Positions 40,701 through 50,371 of a DNA stretch of 55,777 nucleotides are shown here, in pieces. Source of the DNA: Chiloscyllium plagiosum (taxonomy: Eukaryota). The stretch spans positions 85,557,625-85,613,401 of the forward strand of contig NC_057718.1 of assembly GCF_004010195.1 (NCBI RefSeq), in the 5' to 3' direction. Within the stretch, counting starts at the first letter, position 1; each line of letters starts with the position of its first letter. The notes below the pieces were generated by a model, which was not told the DNA's origin, ran no database searches, and saw only the letters and a list, made by a program, of their open reading frames with translations. The position numbers and the translations under genes are program-made.

Positions 40701-43700
40701 ACTCCTGCCACCAAACGCCTTAGTTTATTCATCCAGGTCTCGACAATGTGTCGGCAATTACGTTTTCTCGTCCTGCCACGTGCATATTTTTCAAATTTAA
40801 TGGCTGCAATAACAAGCTCCATCTAAACAGTCTGGCATTTTTTGTCCTTAAATTTCTCAAAACCCTTAATGGGTTATGGCACCATATTGGCAACATAAAT
40901 GTTGAAATGTTGTAACACCAACACCAAGCTCAAAGTCGTCTCAATTGTCGAATATTTCTGGTCATCTTCTGGATATGGAAGGATCCTTTGGGGTCTTGGT
41001 CTTAGGACATATGTTCTAAGACCCCAAAGGATTCTTCCATATCCCACAGAAATTTACCTGTACTTCCACATACATCATCTACTGCATTCGTTACACCCGA
41101 TGTGGTCTCCTCTACATTGGGGAGACAGGACGCCAACTTGCAGATTGTTTCAGAGAACATCTCCAGGACACCCGCACTGGACTGTGATGAGCGGGCAAAC
41201 GTGGATGCAGGCCTTACAATGGCAGGGGAAGGTGCTGGGAGGGGACGGTGGGTTAGTGGGGGACATGGACCTGACAAGGGAGTCACGGAGAGAATGGTCT
41301 CTCTGAAATGCAGATAGGGTCGGGGAGGGGAATATATCTATGGAGTGGGGTCTGTTTGTAGGTAATGGAAATGGCAGAGGACGATGCGGTGTATCTGGAG
41401 GTTGGTGGGGTGGAAGGTGAGGACCCAGGTGAGGTGTGGGATGTGGAGGAGATGTGCTGGAGGGCATCATTCACCATGTGGGAGGGGAAATTGCGGTCTT
41501 TGAAGGAGGAGGCCATCTGGAATGTTCTGTGGTGGAATTGGTCTTCCTGGGAACAGATGTGGTGGAGGAATTGGGAATAAGGGATAGTGTTTTTACAGGA
41601 GGCAGGGTGGAGGAGGTGTAGTCCAGGTAGCTGTGAGAGTCCGTGGGTTTGTAGTAGATATCAGTGTTGAGTCGGTTGCCGGAAACGGAAGTGGAAATGG
41701 AGAGGTCCAGGAAGGGGGGAGAAGTGCCTGAGATGCTCCAGGTGAACTTAAGATCGGGGTGGAAAGTGTTTGTGAAGTTGATGAACTGTTCAACCTCCTC
41801 GTGGGAGTCATTGATGTAGCGGAGGAAATGAAAGGGAATGGCGCCGGTGTAGCTACAGAAGATGGACTGTTCCATTTACCCGACGAAGAGGCAGGCGTAG
41901 CTGGGGCCCATGCAGGTGTCCATGGCTATCCCTTTAGTCTGGAGGATTGGAAGGAGAAGTTGTTGAGGGTGAGGACCAGTTCAGCCAGTCGAATGAGTGT
42001 GTTGGTGGAAGGCTACTGGTTGGGTGGGTGTGAGAGGAAGAAACAGATGGCTTGGAGGCCTTCGTCATGGCGTATGGATATGTACAGGGACTAGATGTCC
42101 AAGGTGAAGATAAGGCATTGGGGACTGGCAAATTGAAAGTCAAGGAGGAGGTGGAGGTGGTGTTCCAAACATAGGTGGGGAGTTCCTGGACTGAGGGGGA
42201 CAGGACGCTGTCAGAAGTATGCAGTGATAAGTTTGGTGGGGCAGGAGTAGACTGTGACAATGGGTCGACTAGGGAAGTCAGGTTTGTGGATTTTGGGTAG
42301 TTGGTAGAACTCGGTGGTGCAGGGTTCCCAGACTAAGGTTGGATGCTGTGAATGGGAGGTCCCCAGAGGTGATGATGTCGCGAATAGTCTGAGAGATGAT
42401 GGTTTGGTGATGGAGGGGGTGAGATCGTGGTCGAGGGGGCATGAGGAGGATGTATCTGAATTGGTGCCTGGCTTCAGTAGTATAGAGGACAATGTGCCAA
42501 ACTACCACTGTGCCCTCCCTATCTGCAGGTTTGATGGTGAGGTTGGAGTTGGAGCGGAGGGCTGCGCATTGTGAGAGTGAGAGGTTGGAGTGCGTGAGGA
42601 GGGTGAACAGGTTGAGGCGGTCTATGTCCCAGCGGCAGCTGGAGATGAAGAGATCAAGGGCATATAACAGACCAGCCCAGGCTGTCCAGGTGGATGGGGT
42701 GTGCTGTAGGTGGGAGAAGGGGTCCTCCGAGGGTGGGTGGGAGTCCTGGTGGGAAAAGTAAACCCGGAGGCGGTGGAAGAAATGTTCAATGTTGCAAAAT
42801 GTGTCGAATTCATTGATCCAGGAGCATAGGGGGTTTTCCAATGACCTGATGTATTTAACATGTCTGGCAAAATTCAACTGCATCCTTGTGCAGTCCAGGC
42901 TAGTAAAAATGTTCTTATATTTTAGCTTGCGTTTTTATTTCTCCTAAATGACCTCCTACTGGTAGTTCAAGCGCTATCCACAACACCACCTTTCTGTAAT
43001 CCTCTGGGAATATGACTTGATGAACTTCTGCCTGTTTTTCATCTGCCTGAATATATCATGGTCTCCATTTCCTCATTAAGACATAATTTTTAAGATAGTA
43101 GCACTCAGATTCTTCAGGTTCTTCTTCCGTGTATGCTTTTTGATACCATTGTTTCAGTCTGTTGTCTTTCTGTTATAACTCAGTTAATTTCTCTAAACTA
43201 AAACTATCCACTTTGTCCTCCACCAGCAGCTGTTTTGTCTCAGCCATTTATTCAAATGTGGTCTCCGATAATTCTATTTCAACTTCCTTCTCTGTATTCT
43301 TTGGTTTCTCCTCTTGTTTCATTTGGTGACTTTGTGAACTTGTTACCACACAGTCAAGTAAAATCTCAGCACATGCTTCCTGTAATACCTCAGTTGCCTG
43401 ATTTTCACACTGGCTTTTTGACCACAGCAGGCAGTACACCTCCTGTGACCCAGCTATATATATCATTAGCAAGGACAACTTGTATTCCTGGAGCCAAGAG
43501 TCCTTCCAGTACTCTTACCCTGACTTTTCCACTTTCCACTGGACAGTCTTAACCTCACTTTATATAACTGAGCACTTCTTGTCTCACTGTGAATTCCACG
43601 TATTGGCACTTTTTCTGGGATTAGTCCTTCTGAGTTACATATCTCCTCATCTCCCAACATCAATGATTGACATGAACCCGTATCTCTTAATACTATAACT

Positions 43701-45724
43701 TCTTTACCTGCTGCTCCTTGCGAAGGTAAGGTTTAATTGCATTGGCACGTAAATGGTTTAAGATGATCTGGCACTTCCTCCTTAACCATCCTCTAATCAG
43801 GTTGGATATTCTGCTGCAGCTTTTTAGCCTCCTCGGTGCCTTCCTTTACCACTTCAACAAAATTTACTGGCTTATCCTGTTTTCCTACATCTGGCTTCCC
43901 ACTTTTTTTTTCTAACCCACCAACACTATGATTTCTTGTGGCCTACTTTGTTGCATAGAAAACACTGGAGTTTTTAAACTTCTGTTTCCCCTGCATGGGT
44001 TTCCTTTTTACCCTGTGGTTAGCTATCTTTACTATCTTCACTGAGACCTACCTTTCCCCTACCACTTGAGGATTTCTCTTTTTCCCCAATTTCTATCCCT
44101 CACTGATCGAAATTGATGTTGAAAGCCAAACTTTGATTTATGAACCAACTCATCGTCAGCCATTTCAGTAGCTAATCTTGCCATTGTAATTCTGTTCTTT
44201 CACATGACTTCCACATGAACTATTTCAGGAAATGAATTTTTGAACTCCTTCAAAATTCAGAGGAATCTCAATTATCTGAGTACCGATTATCCGAAGGAGA
44301 TCTTGAGGTCCCGATGGGAACATTATATCAAAGACGTGTTTCCAACAGTGATCGTGTCTTTTGTTTATAGTGATTAAACAGGCATCGTCTCCAAATGATT
44401 GACTGACTGACTGCCCGCCCTCTCTCTCTCTCCACACTTTCTCTCAAGTTCTACACAGCCATGTACCCTAAACCCCCCTTCCCACATAACCTCTCCAACA
44501 TTGTTCTGTACAGGGCAAAGGTGGAACCTGTCTAAAAGTTGCAGTAAATAGTTGTGTGTGTGGCTGTGGCTGCGTGTGTGTGCGCTATTTGGAGACTTAC
44601 CCAATAAAGGTAACTGCAGCAGTCTTGTTGGAGTCCAGTCCAGCTGCCCCAGGAGAGGGGGTGGGAGGCAGTGTTGGACAGGGTTTGGGCGGTGTTGCAC
44701 AAGTTTGGGGTAGTGTTGGGGGGGGGGTGTAGTTTTGGGGGTGGGGAGAGGTGTTGCCCGGGGTTGGGGGCGGGGTCTCCACGCTGTGTGCTGCTGCTAG
44801 TCTCCTGAACAGGGAGCAGACATTTTAAAAACTCCGAGCTCCAGAGGAAAGGCATTTAATCGATTAACCGAATAATCGATTATCCGAACGAAATAGTGCC
44901 TGCCCATCAAGTTTGGATGATTGAGGTTCCCCTGTAATCGTCTCTCTAAGAGTGTCATATGTTTGATCTATTTTTAATGCCTTTATGCACCTATCAAAAT
45001 TGCTTTGTTTGATCCTTTTAAAGGAGAAAGTGAGGGCTGCAGATGCTGGAGATCAGAGCTGAAAATGTGTTGCTGGAAAAGCGCAGCAGGTCAGGCAGCA
45101 TCCAAGGAACAGGAGAATCGACGTTTCGGGCATAAAGCCCTTCTTCAGGAAACTCAATGTATGTTTGATCAGGGTCGCTCCTTAGATTCCTGAAACATTG
45201 CCTGTAGGCTTCTGGCACAAGCTCATGTGCACTTAAGATGGCTTTCTTCACCTCCTCGTACGCCCCAGATACCTCCTCTGATAGTGATGTTCTATCTACT
45301 AGCTTTGTTTGGATCAACAATATCTACATGGTCACTGACCAATTCAAATAAAAACAAAAATTGGTACTATATTTCTGTTTTTTTTTGTTCTGTCCGATGT
45401 TAATGTATTCACAGGTCACTTTTGCAGATCAAAAGGAGTGACTGTTATCTTCCACTTTTTCTCTTGTAAATGCCTAACAGTCCTTACTGTGTTTGTGATT
45501 TGTACCCTTTTTAGCTGTTCAGTCAGGAGATGACAATGAAGTTTGTACCCAAGTATGGCCTTGTATTGGAGCTAAATGAGGATGGATCCATCAACAGGAG
45601 CTTCCATGATCCCCATGGAGTGGTGGTGCCTGCAGTTAGTGAGGCAGATGAGCATGATGGTTACCTGTACCTTGGTTCCTATTATTCCCCTTTCCTCTGC
45701 CGGCTGGATCTCAACAAGGTTTAA
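4632..45724 (+). CDS. APMAP: Adipocyte plasma membrane-associated protein (type II membrane protein, strictosidine synthase-like/SMP-30 six-bladed beta-propeller); 9 coding exons, 1248 nt, 415 aa
   Basis: Exons of 92+117+116+93+117+175+135+193+210 nt splice in frame through GT-AG introns. The translation matches vertebrate APMAP throughout ([59 protein letters not shown]). Confidence 0.97.
5121..5222 (+). mobile_element. Short PLE 3'-end fragment with decayed hammerhead motif
   Basis: ttccttgatgaagggcttatgtttgaaatgttgattctcctgctcctgggatgctgcctgacctgct; same family as 3345-3470 and 45021-45152. Confidence 0.75.
5480..6597 (+). mobile_element. CR1-type LINE RT/3' fragment, decayed
   Basis: [18 protein letters not shown] and [16 protein letters not shown] segments, with stops and frameshifts. 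Confidence 0.85.
7518..7603 (-). mobile_element. Short PLE-end fragment (GAAAGCTA hammerhead family), decayed
   Basis: Closely similar to the arm of the 22612-22811 cassette (acacaacatcaggttatagtccaacaggtttatttggaagcactagctttc). Confidence 0.75.
10341..13620 (-). mobile_element. Long, heavily decayed CR1-type LINE (3' tail through RT and endonuclease)
   Basis: Tail aacatagaaaatatagaaatatagaa at the left end. The endonuclease-like segment '[19 protein letters not shown]' is in ORF 12534-12791(-). Confidence 0.75.
13700..13850 (-). mobile_element. PLE 3'-end fragment carrying a hammerhead motif
   Basis: Same family as 37381-37507 and 51052-51202 (gttaactctgatttctctccacagatgctgcc...cttttccagcaacttctgtttttg). 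Confidence 0.75.
13781..13826 (-). ncRNA. Minimal type I hammerhead ribozyme motif (core intact)
   Basis: RNA: AUCAGUU-CUGAGGA-A-GGGUC-ACUG-GACCU-GAAA-CG-UU^AACUCUGAU. Stem I AGUU/AACU, stem II 5 bp, palindromic ACGU stem III. Confidence 0.75.
14154..14270 (+). CDS. APMAP: APMAP exon 2, transmembrane helix: [38 protein letters not shown]
   Basis: ctttctcttttag| acceptor, |gtaagt donor, 117 nt. Confidence 0.96.
14748..15720 (-). mobile_element. CR1-type LINE 3' fragment, interrupted at 15073-15152 by an ~80-bp PLE-end piece
   Basis: Tail ataagactataagacatagg. ORFs 15079-15375(-) and 15493-15693(-) contain [13 protein letters not shown] and [13 protein letters not shown]. Confidence 0.85.
16141..16723. 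mobile_element. Solo LTR (583 bp), same family as the LTR at 39972-40551
   Basis: TGTTAT...ATCACA ends; 4-bp flanks AAGT/AAGC; shares blocks such as tgttatggaccag, cctagaccc, ccttggcaaaagg.aaattca and ggacaaaataacc. Confidence 0.8.
17929..18044 (+). CDS. APMAP: APMAP exon 3 [38 protein letters not shown]
   Basis: ttgtctgcag| acceptor, |gtatgg donor, 116 nt. Confidence 0.96.
18529..18838 (+). mobile_element. HE1-like tRNA-derived V-SINE, young full-length copy
   Basis: A box tggcacagtgg, B box ggttcaattccc, V-domain ctgtgtggagtttgcacattctccccgtgtctgcgtgggtttcctccgggtgctcc, tail cactgtaagtaatctaat; CpGs retained. Confidence 0.9.
18846..19241 (+). mobile_element. PLE 3' fragment (endonuclease C-terminus + hammerhead) with 9-bp TSD
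   Basis: Translation [36 protein letters not shown] at 18837-18845 and 19242-19250. Confidence 0.8.
19137..19182 (+). ncRNA. Minimal type I hammerhead ribozyme motif, sense strand of APMAP intron 3
   Basis: UUCUCA-CUGACGA-U-GUUACC-UAGAAU-GGUGAC-GAAA-UG-UC^UGAAAA; predicted cut after 19176. Confidence 0.75.
19593..21020 (-). mobile_element. CR1-type LINE RT/3' fragment
   Basis: ORFs 19827-20108, 20279-20581 and 20526-20771 (-): [50 protein letters not shown]. Confidence 0.9.
21066..21555 (-). mobile_element. CR1-type LINE 3' fragment
   Basis: ORF 21403-21600(-) [13 protein letters not shown]...[16 protein letters not shown]. Confidence 0.75.
21700..23790 (+). mobile_element. Old CR1/L2-group LINE of a second family, decayed, with nested insertions
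   Basis: RT C-terminal remnant [36 protein letters not shown]; 3' tail ggcaatcagggcttggtaataaatgctgg. Confidence 0.65.
22612..22811. mobile_element. 200-bp palindromic PLE-end cassette with 12-bp TSD
   Basis: Inverted arms 22656-22725 and 22743-22812 (69/70 complementary); TCTAATTTTGGT at 22600-22611 and 22812-22823. Confidence 0.88.
23880..24110 (-). mobile_element. Deu-domain SINE remnant (similar pieces at ~24410-24720 +, ~38800-39150 -, ~48750-48900 +)
   Basis: gcagatgtggccttggtttaatatctcacccataaggcagcatctc resembles the reverse complement of the Deu core. Confidence 0.55.
24736..24792 (+). mobile_element. 57-bp PLE-end micro-insertion with 14-bp TSD
   Basis: GAACCTCAAATCCA at 24722-24735 and 24793-24806; the insert matches the reverse complement of ~55653-55711. 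Confidence 0.85.
24942..25034 (+). CDS. APMAP: APMAP exon 4 (E)[30 protein letters not shown]
   Basis: tctctgcag| acceptor, |gtgagt donor, 93 nt. Confidence 0.96.
25869..25985 (+). CDS. APMAP: APMAP exon 5 (G)[38 protein letters not shown]
   Basis: gaatccag| acceptor, |gtagag donor, 117 nt. Confidence 0.96.
26200..27090 (+). mobile_element. CR1-type LINE 3' fragment
   Basis: NVDKCEVI and [14 protein letters not shown] remnants; tail tttctatgattctat. Confidence 0.8.
27200..27375 (+). mobile_element. tRNA-head SINE 5' part (same family at ~33485-33785 - and ~47905-48270 +)
   Basis: gtggtaatatcactggactcataatccaga...gggtttgaatcccac...ggtgaaatttgaattc is shared between the copies. Confidence 0.65.
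27619..28799 (+). mobile_element. Internally deleted pogo/Tigger-like DNA transposon with 15-bp perfect terminal inverted repeats
   Basis: TAGTAAATTCACAAC 27619-27633 / GTTGTGAATTTACTA 28785-28799. Transposase-like remnants [13 protein letters not shown] (cf. PPNTTSKLQPMDQ) and AMFTKAWK...TNCFHHTG. Confidence 0.7.
29012..29186 (+). CDS. APMAP: APMAP exon 6 (G)[57 protein letters not shown]
   Basis: aatttcag| acceptor, |gtgagt donor, 175 nt. Confidence 0.96.
29490..30455. mobile_element. Decayed LTR-like sequence related to the solo LTR at 54900-55609
   Basis: Loosely shared blocks (taattaaaac..ataatctg..aa; gattgg..gtcaa..at; taattggct..attc). Ends and TSD are not resolved. Confidence 0.4.
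31318..31532 (-). mobile_element. tRNA-derived SINE (third family)
   Basis: The minus strand starts gggtagttcagttggctgga...agattcaattccc (A/B boxes), followed by ctgaggtgtggtgaccctcaggttaaaccacc. Confidence 0.6.
32031..32165 (+). CDS. APMAP: APMAP exon 7 (R)[44 protein letters not shown]
   Basis: ttattgcag| acceptor, |gtgaga donor, 135 nt. Confidence 0.96.
37381..37507 (+). mobile_element. PLE-end fragment with decayed hammerhead, ~120 bp upstream of exon 8
   Basis: cattccgaagaagggtcactgaacctgaaactttaacactgatttgtttccacagatgctgc; same family as 13700-13850. Confidence 0.7.
37627..37819 (+). CDS. APMAP: APMAP exon 8 (R)[64 protein letters not shown]
   Basis: ccttgccag| acceptor, |gtagga donor, 193 nt; lies inside ORF 37598-37924. 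Confidence 0.96.
39161..39655 (-). mobile_element. CR1-type LINE 3' fragment
   Basis: Tail tagaacataagaaataggaacagaagta followed by CR1 3' UTR and C-terminal sequence. Confidence 0.75.
40961..42850 (-). mobile_element. Penelope-like element (RT + start of GIY-YIG) with an inverted GIY-YIG segment (41021-41180, +)
   Basis: [24 protein letters not shown] and [26 protein letters not shown] on the minus strand; [26 protein letters not shown] on the plus strand. Confidence 0.88.
44258..44934. mobile_element. Non-autonomous Tigger/pogo-like DNA transposon (MITE-like, 677 bp) inserted in the Gypsy gag
   Basis: Imperfect TIRs CAGAGGAATCTCAATTATCTGA / TTGGATGATTGAGGTTCCCCTG followed by TA; subterminal CGATTATCCGAA repeats; gag sequence resumes on both sides. 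Confidence 0.75.
45021..45152 (-). mobile_element. Young PLE-end fragment with core-intact hammerhead (45115-45152), inserted in the Gypsy gag
   Basis: RNA: UUC-CUGAAGA-A-GGGC-UUUAU-GCCC-GAAA-CG-UC^GAUUC; CpGs retained. Confidence 0.8.
45515..45724 (+). CDS. APMAP: APMAP exon 9 (coding part) [69 protein letters not shown]
   Basis: ccctttttag| acceptor; TAA at 45722-45724; ORF 45530-45724. Confidence 0.96.
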   Translation: MFSQEMTMKFVPKYGLVLELNEDGSINRSFHDPHGVVVPAVSEADEHDGYLYLGSYYSPFLCRLDLNKV

Positions 45725-45992
45725 CATGCTTGGTCTGAAGTGAAAGGATTTTTGCCGAAGGTCCATCTACAAAAGCTAATTTATAACATCCCGCCAACTG
45801 ATACTTCAAGAAAATGCATTTCAAAAGTTTGCCATGCTTTGAAGATCATAATGATGAATGTTCAAGATTTAATTTTGTTTTGTTTGACCTTTAAATATCA
45901 ACAAGTTTCCTCAATGATTTGTGAAACTAGACAATGAGGAATAATTTCTGATTATGTTCATTATGAAACAGTTCATTGTCTGAAGTTGGGTT

Positions 45993-46104
45993 AATAAAAG
46001 TTTGTGAAATTAATATATTGCACTAAACCTATAACTATCTACTTTTGGAAGTACAGCAATCATATTAACCAATTTTGTGAATTTATGTAATGTGATGCAA
46101 TAAA
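45993..46104 (+). terminator. APMAP: Candidate APMAP polyadenylation signals AATAAA (45993-45998 and 46099-46104)
   Basis: Canonical hexamers in an AU-rich 3' UTR. The second is followed by a GU/U-rich tract (ttgtgatgtttgtggttcttctgttt, ~46151-46176). Confidence 0.65.
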
Positions 46105-49100
46105 CATTATGGATTTTGGAATTTACTGAAAGTTTAATTGCTAATTCTGATTGTGATGTTTGTGGTTCTTCTGTTTAATAATGTGACAGATTTAGGCTCC
46201 ATTCAATTGAGCTTTGGGTTTAGATCGATTTGGGAGGACACACTTGAATCATGATTTGGAGTTTTTAATTGGAGAACCACACCAGGATATTATTGTCTGG
46301 GTCAAAAAGTAAACAAAATTATCAATTTACATATCAATTAGTGACTACAACATTAATAGGCAGATATTGGTAGATAGCTAGTCCTATCTGTTAACCTTTC
46401 AGTATTTTCTCTATCTAACAATGTCGTTCCAGAAATTAAAGATTTGGGCGAGACATTTCCTCTTCATTTTCCATCCAGTCCCACACGGATGTAAACATAC
46501 AGAACAGACTGTCATAAAGAGAGAACATTCACAGTCAATTTTCTTTGAACAATTGAGATGCTATCATACTAAATTACTTACAGTTTTGAAGGAGATTAAA
46601 TGCTTCTTAAATGGAAATCAGAGTGTAATGTTTATGATAGAATTTACATCATGCTACATTTTGATGGATTGAATGGGCCTTATCAAAAGTTGCCACTGCA
46701 CTGTTGTTTTGATTGTAGCATTCAAGGCTACCTCATTTATAAAGATGTACAGGTACGAAATGGAAGCTGTCATATTCAGCTTCCTCCATGCTGGCTACTG
46801 AAATGTTTTAGCTTTGCAAGTGGTTATACCTATTGCTAGTGTGATCAGTGATGGGTCAGACTGGCCCTTTCTCATTCAAACACAATGGTTTATTTCCAGT
46901 TACTACTTGTCTTTTAAAATAATTTTGAAAAATTTTTCACTGTTCCAAACCTCTTCCTCAGGCAGTACTACTAGTCTTGTGAATAGAAGAATGAATGAAA
47001 ACAGTTGATAATGTTTTTCAATTGTATGACCAGGTGTTAAAAAGTCATGAATAGTGGGCTTCTGCATTATAAATTGAACCTGAATGTGATTTTTTTAATC
47101 TAGCAGAGTATCTGTACTGAGGATGGTTAAACTTGTTACAGCTTAAAGTTTAGCTACAGTAATTGTATAAATTATAACCTGAAACTAAGAGGAAAGATCA
47201 CTAAACACATTCCCAGATTATTTCAACTGAGTTCTCCATCCTGCCTTTACAAGACTGTTGATGGGACACTGCAAGATTGTACTTCTAGTCATTAAGACTA
47301 GGCATTTAAATTTATAAGACTGCAGCATACCTTGTCTTGCATTGTTCATTAAAAAGATGATCATGCTGAAACTTATTCTTCCGTGTTTTTGTTTAGTGAT
47401 GCAACACTAGTTTATGGAATGCCAAGGATGGGAACACAACTAATGTAAGGATTATAATCTCTTTTATGGCTGCATGAGGACATAATTTCAGTAAAGGAGC
47501 AGACATTGGAATAGATCTGATTTACATTAAGTTTCCCTCCTTTTGCATCTGTCAAATTCTGGAGAAATAAATCGACCATTTTATCTCAACGTTCCTGTAG
47601 GGGTGGCAGACTTTCTCTCAAGCCCTTGCATCCCTGTCTGAAGCATAGTATGTGAAGCATATTTCAACAAACATGTTCTGAATTAGAAAGTTATTGCACT
47701 AAGTCACATTTAAGAAACTTGATTACATAATCTAGTACATACTCTAGGACGATTATTGACAAAAGACTATAGTCAGAAAAGGCTGGAAAAATCTTGTAGC
47801 ACCCATTGAGATAAAGAAGAGTAAAATGCTTTAGGCTGCTGGCCTATCATCAGCATACTCTAGTGAGGGAGTGGAGAGGGAGTTGCTCGAGGAATTAAGA
47901 CAGGGGAAGTGATGGCAAAGTGATAATGTCAATGGACTAGAAATCCAGAACCTCCGGTTAATGTTCTGGGGATATGGTTTTGAATTCTGCCATGGCAGAC
48001 AGTGAAGCTTGAATTCAATAGTGGATAATGACGTTTGAAATCTGGAATTCCAGTGATCACACAACCATGCTCCTAAAAATGCATCTGGTTCACTAATGCC
48101 TTTTAGGGAAGGAAATCGGCCATTCTTGCATGGCCTGGCCTACATGAGACTTCAGACCCATAGCAATATATTTGATTCATAACTGCCTTCTGAAATGGTT
48201 CAGCAAGCCATTCAGCTTAAGGGTAATTAGGGATGAGCAACAAATACTAGCCTTGCCAGCAGTGCTGACACCATAAAAACTAGGAACAGGAGTGGGCCAT
48301 TCAACCTTTCTAGCCCATTCCACCATTCAACCGGTTTATGTTTGAACCTCTATCTTAATGCCATATTTCCACATTCTCCCTGTACCCCTTGAGTCTTTAA
48401 AATCTCTATCTTGAATATATTCAGAGACTTGCCCTCCACAGCATTCTGTAGTCCAGAATTTCACACGTTTACTACCTTCTGAATGAATAAACCTTTCCTC
48501 ATTTCAGTCATAAATGGTCTATCCTCTATTTGGGACAGTGTCCCTGATTCTTGACCTCCAACCAATGGAAACATCCACTCTATCAGCTGGTATGTCCAGT
48601 CCTGTCAGACTTTTATATGCTTCAATTAGATCCCCTTTTCATTCTTCTAAACTCTTTGTGAATACAGGCCCAGTCGAGCCAATCTCCCATCATAGGACAG
48701 TCCTTCCATTCCCAGTATCAGTTTTCCAGTATCAGCAGTACTTTGCTGAGTGAAGGACTACTGCAGTGTCAGAAATGCTGTACTTTAGATGAAATGTTAA
48801 TACCTGTCTGCACCATCAGGTAGTTTTGACACATCTAGAACACCTGGAAGAAAACTGGAGTTTTCCCTGGTACTCTGGCTAATAGTTATCTCTTGTCCCA
48901 CTTTTAAAAAAAAAGTTCTATTTTTGCTTTATGACAGCAAGATATTTGAAAGTGCTTTGCAGCTTATGGTCACTGATGGAGGAATTTCCTGTTAAGCTCT
49001 ACCATGCACAACAAGCAATTAAATAATTGTTTCTGGTCCACTGTCAATATGAATGACTCTTAATTGTTGCTTGTTTACACTTTTTTTGGGGGTAGCTAAA

Positions 49101-50371
49101 GTCAAAGAATAAATAGCCTTATTGTGAATTCCATACACATGAGTTAGTTTTAAAGAAAACTGTTGTAAAAGTGGGATCAGTGGTGAAGTAATAGTTTTTA
49201 AATAAAAAACAAGTTGTGAACCATAATAGTGTCACTGTTGGCGCAGGAACATTTAAAAACTTATTCTGTAGATATGAGAATCACTTATGTTAGTCATTTC
49301 TAATTTCCTTTGAACTAAGTGGTTTGCAATGATATTTGAGGGTAGTTAAGAATCAACATCATTGCTATGGATCAGGAACTGCATGATCAGACCAGATAAG
49401 AAACTACCTGAATGTCATTTGTAAACCAGATGGTGCCACCATTTCGTTCCAAACTTATTAATGAGTTAAATTTCAGTTTTTTTTTCCTTGCTGCTGTGGT
49501 GGGATTTGAGCAGATTAGTCCAGGCCTTGGGATTATAGTACACTGCCACATCCATTTGTGTTATATGCCTCCCTTTAATGCCTGTTGCAGGAAACAACTA
49601 TGGAGAGAGGCCTAATTTGTAGATTAGGCCATTTTTATGGAGCATTTCCAAATCTCAGGAGCTATGACCTGGGATTGATTCCTTTTTAATCTGAGAGCTA
49701 ATAAGTTCCATTAAATTCTGGTGCAACCTCATTTGCAGTAATTGTATGTGGTTTTATTACTTTTGCATTTACCTCATGAAGCAGATTCTGACTAGAGTAG
49801 GAGAACAAGAAAGATTCCTGGTTTAAGTAGATTGAGATAATAGGGCAGACTTTATTCTTGGTCTTAAAATTAGAGAGGCATACACTTAAGAGATGATCTG
49901 ATTCCACTGGAATTATGAAGGGCACTGGGAGCTTGCAAGACTGCCAATAAGTGAATATTTACATTGGCGTTCTGACAAAATGGTTTTTCATTACCCATCC
50001 CTAGTTGCTCTATGAAGATGGTGACACAACTGCGTGAGAGCAGATAAAAGTCACGATGTGGGACTGCAGTCTTACATTGAGAAGACTAAGGATTACATGC
50101 TTCCTTTCTGAAGGACATTTATGAAGCTGTTAGATTTATTTATGGTAATCATTCTCTATTTGCTGATACTGGTTTATTTGATACTAGAGAAATGTGACAC
50201 TTAGTGAAATGAAAAGTGTAGGGACAGAATTGGAGCTCACTTTTATTTCTCAAGGGATGATTGATCTGTGGAACAGGGATCTTTCCGCAGCAGTTCTGTG
50301 TACATATAAATTAGGTGCAGAAATAAATGTGACCCCTCAAATCTGCTCTGATTAAATCATGGCTGGTTTGA

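Larger units (their letters stand above)
39972..45340 (-). mobile_element. Decayed Gmr1-type Gypsy LTR retrotransposon (gag-PR-IN...RNaseH-PPT-3'LTR), 5'-truncated, with three nested insertions
   Basis: LTR 39972-40551; PPT 40552-40565; RNase H end [28 protein letters not shown] (40729-40960); IN zinc finger [28 protein letters not shown] (~42855-42990); protease ILRDTGS (~43670-43692); CCHC knuckle (~43920-43970); gag [27 protein letters not shown] (45160-45320). Confidence 0.88.

Noticed and set aside
44374..44855. Pro/Thr/His-rich ORFs
   Set aside because: They arise from G-rich low-complexity sequence inside the TIR-bounded non-autonomous transposon.
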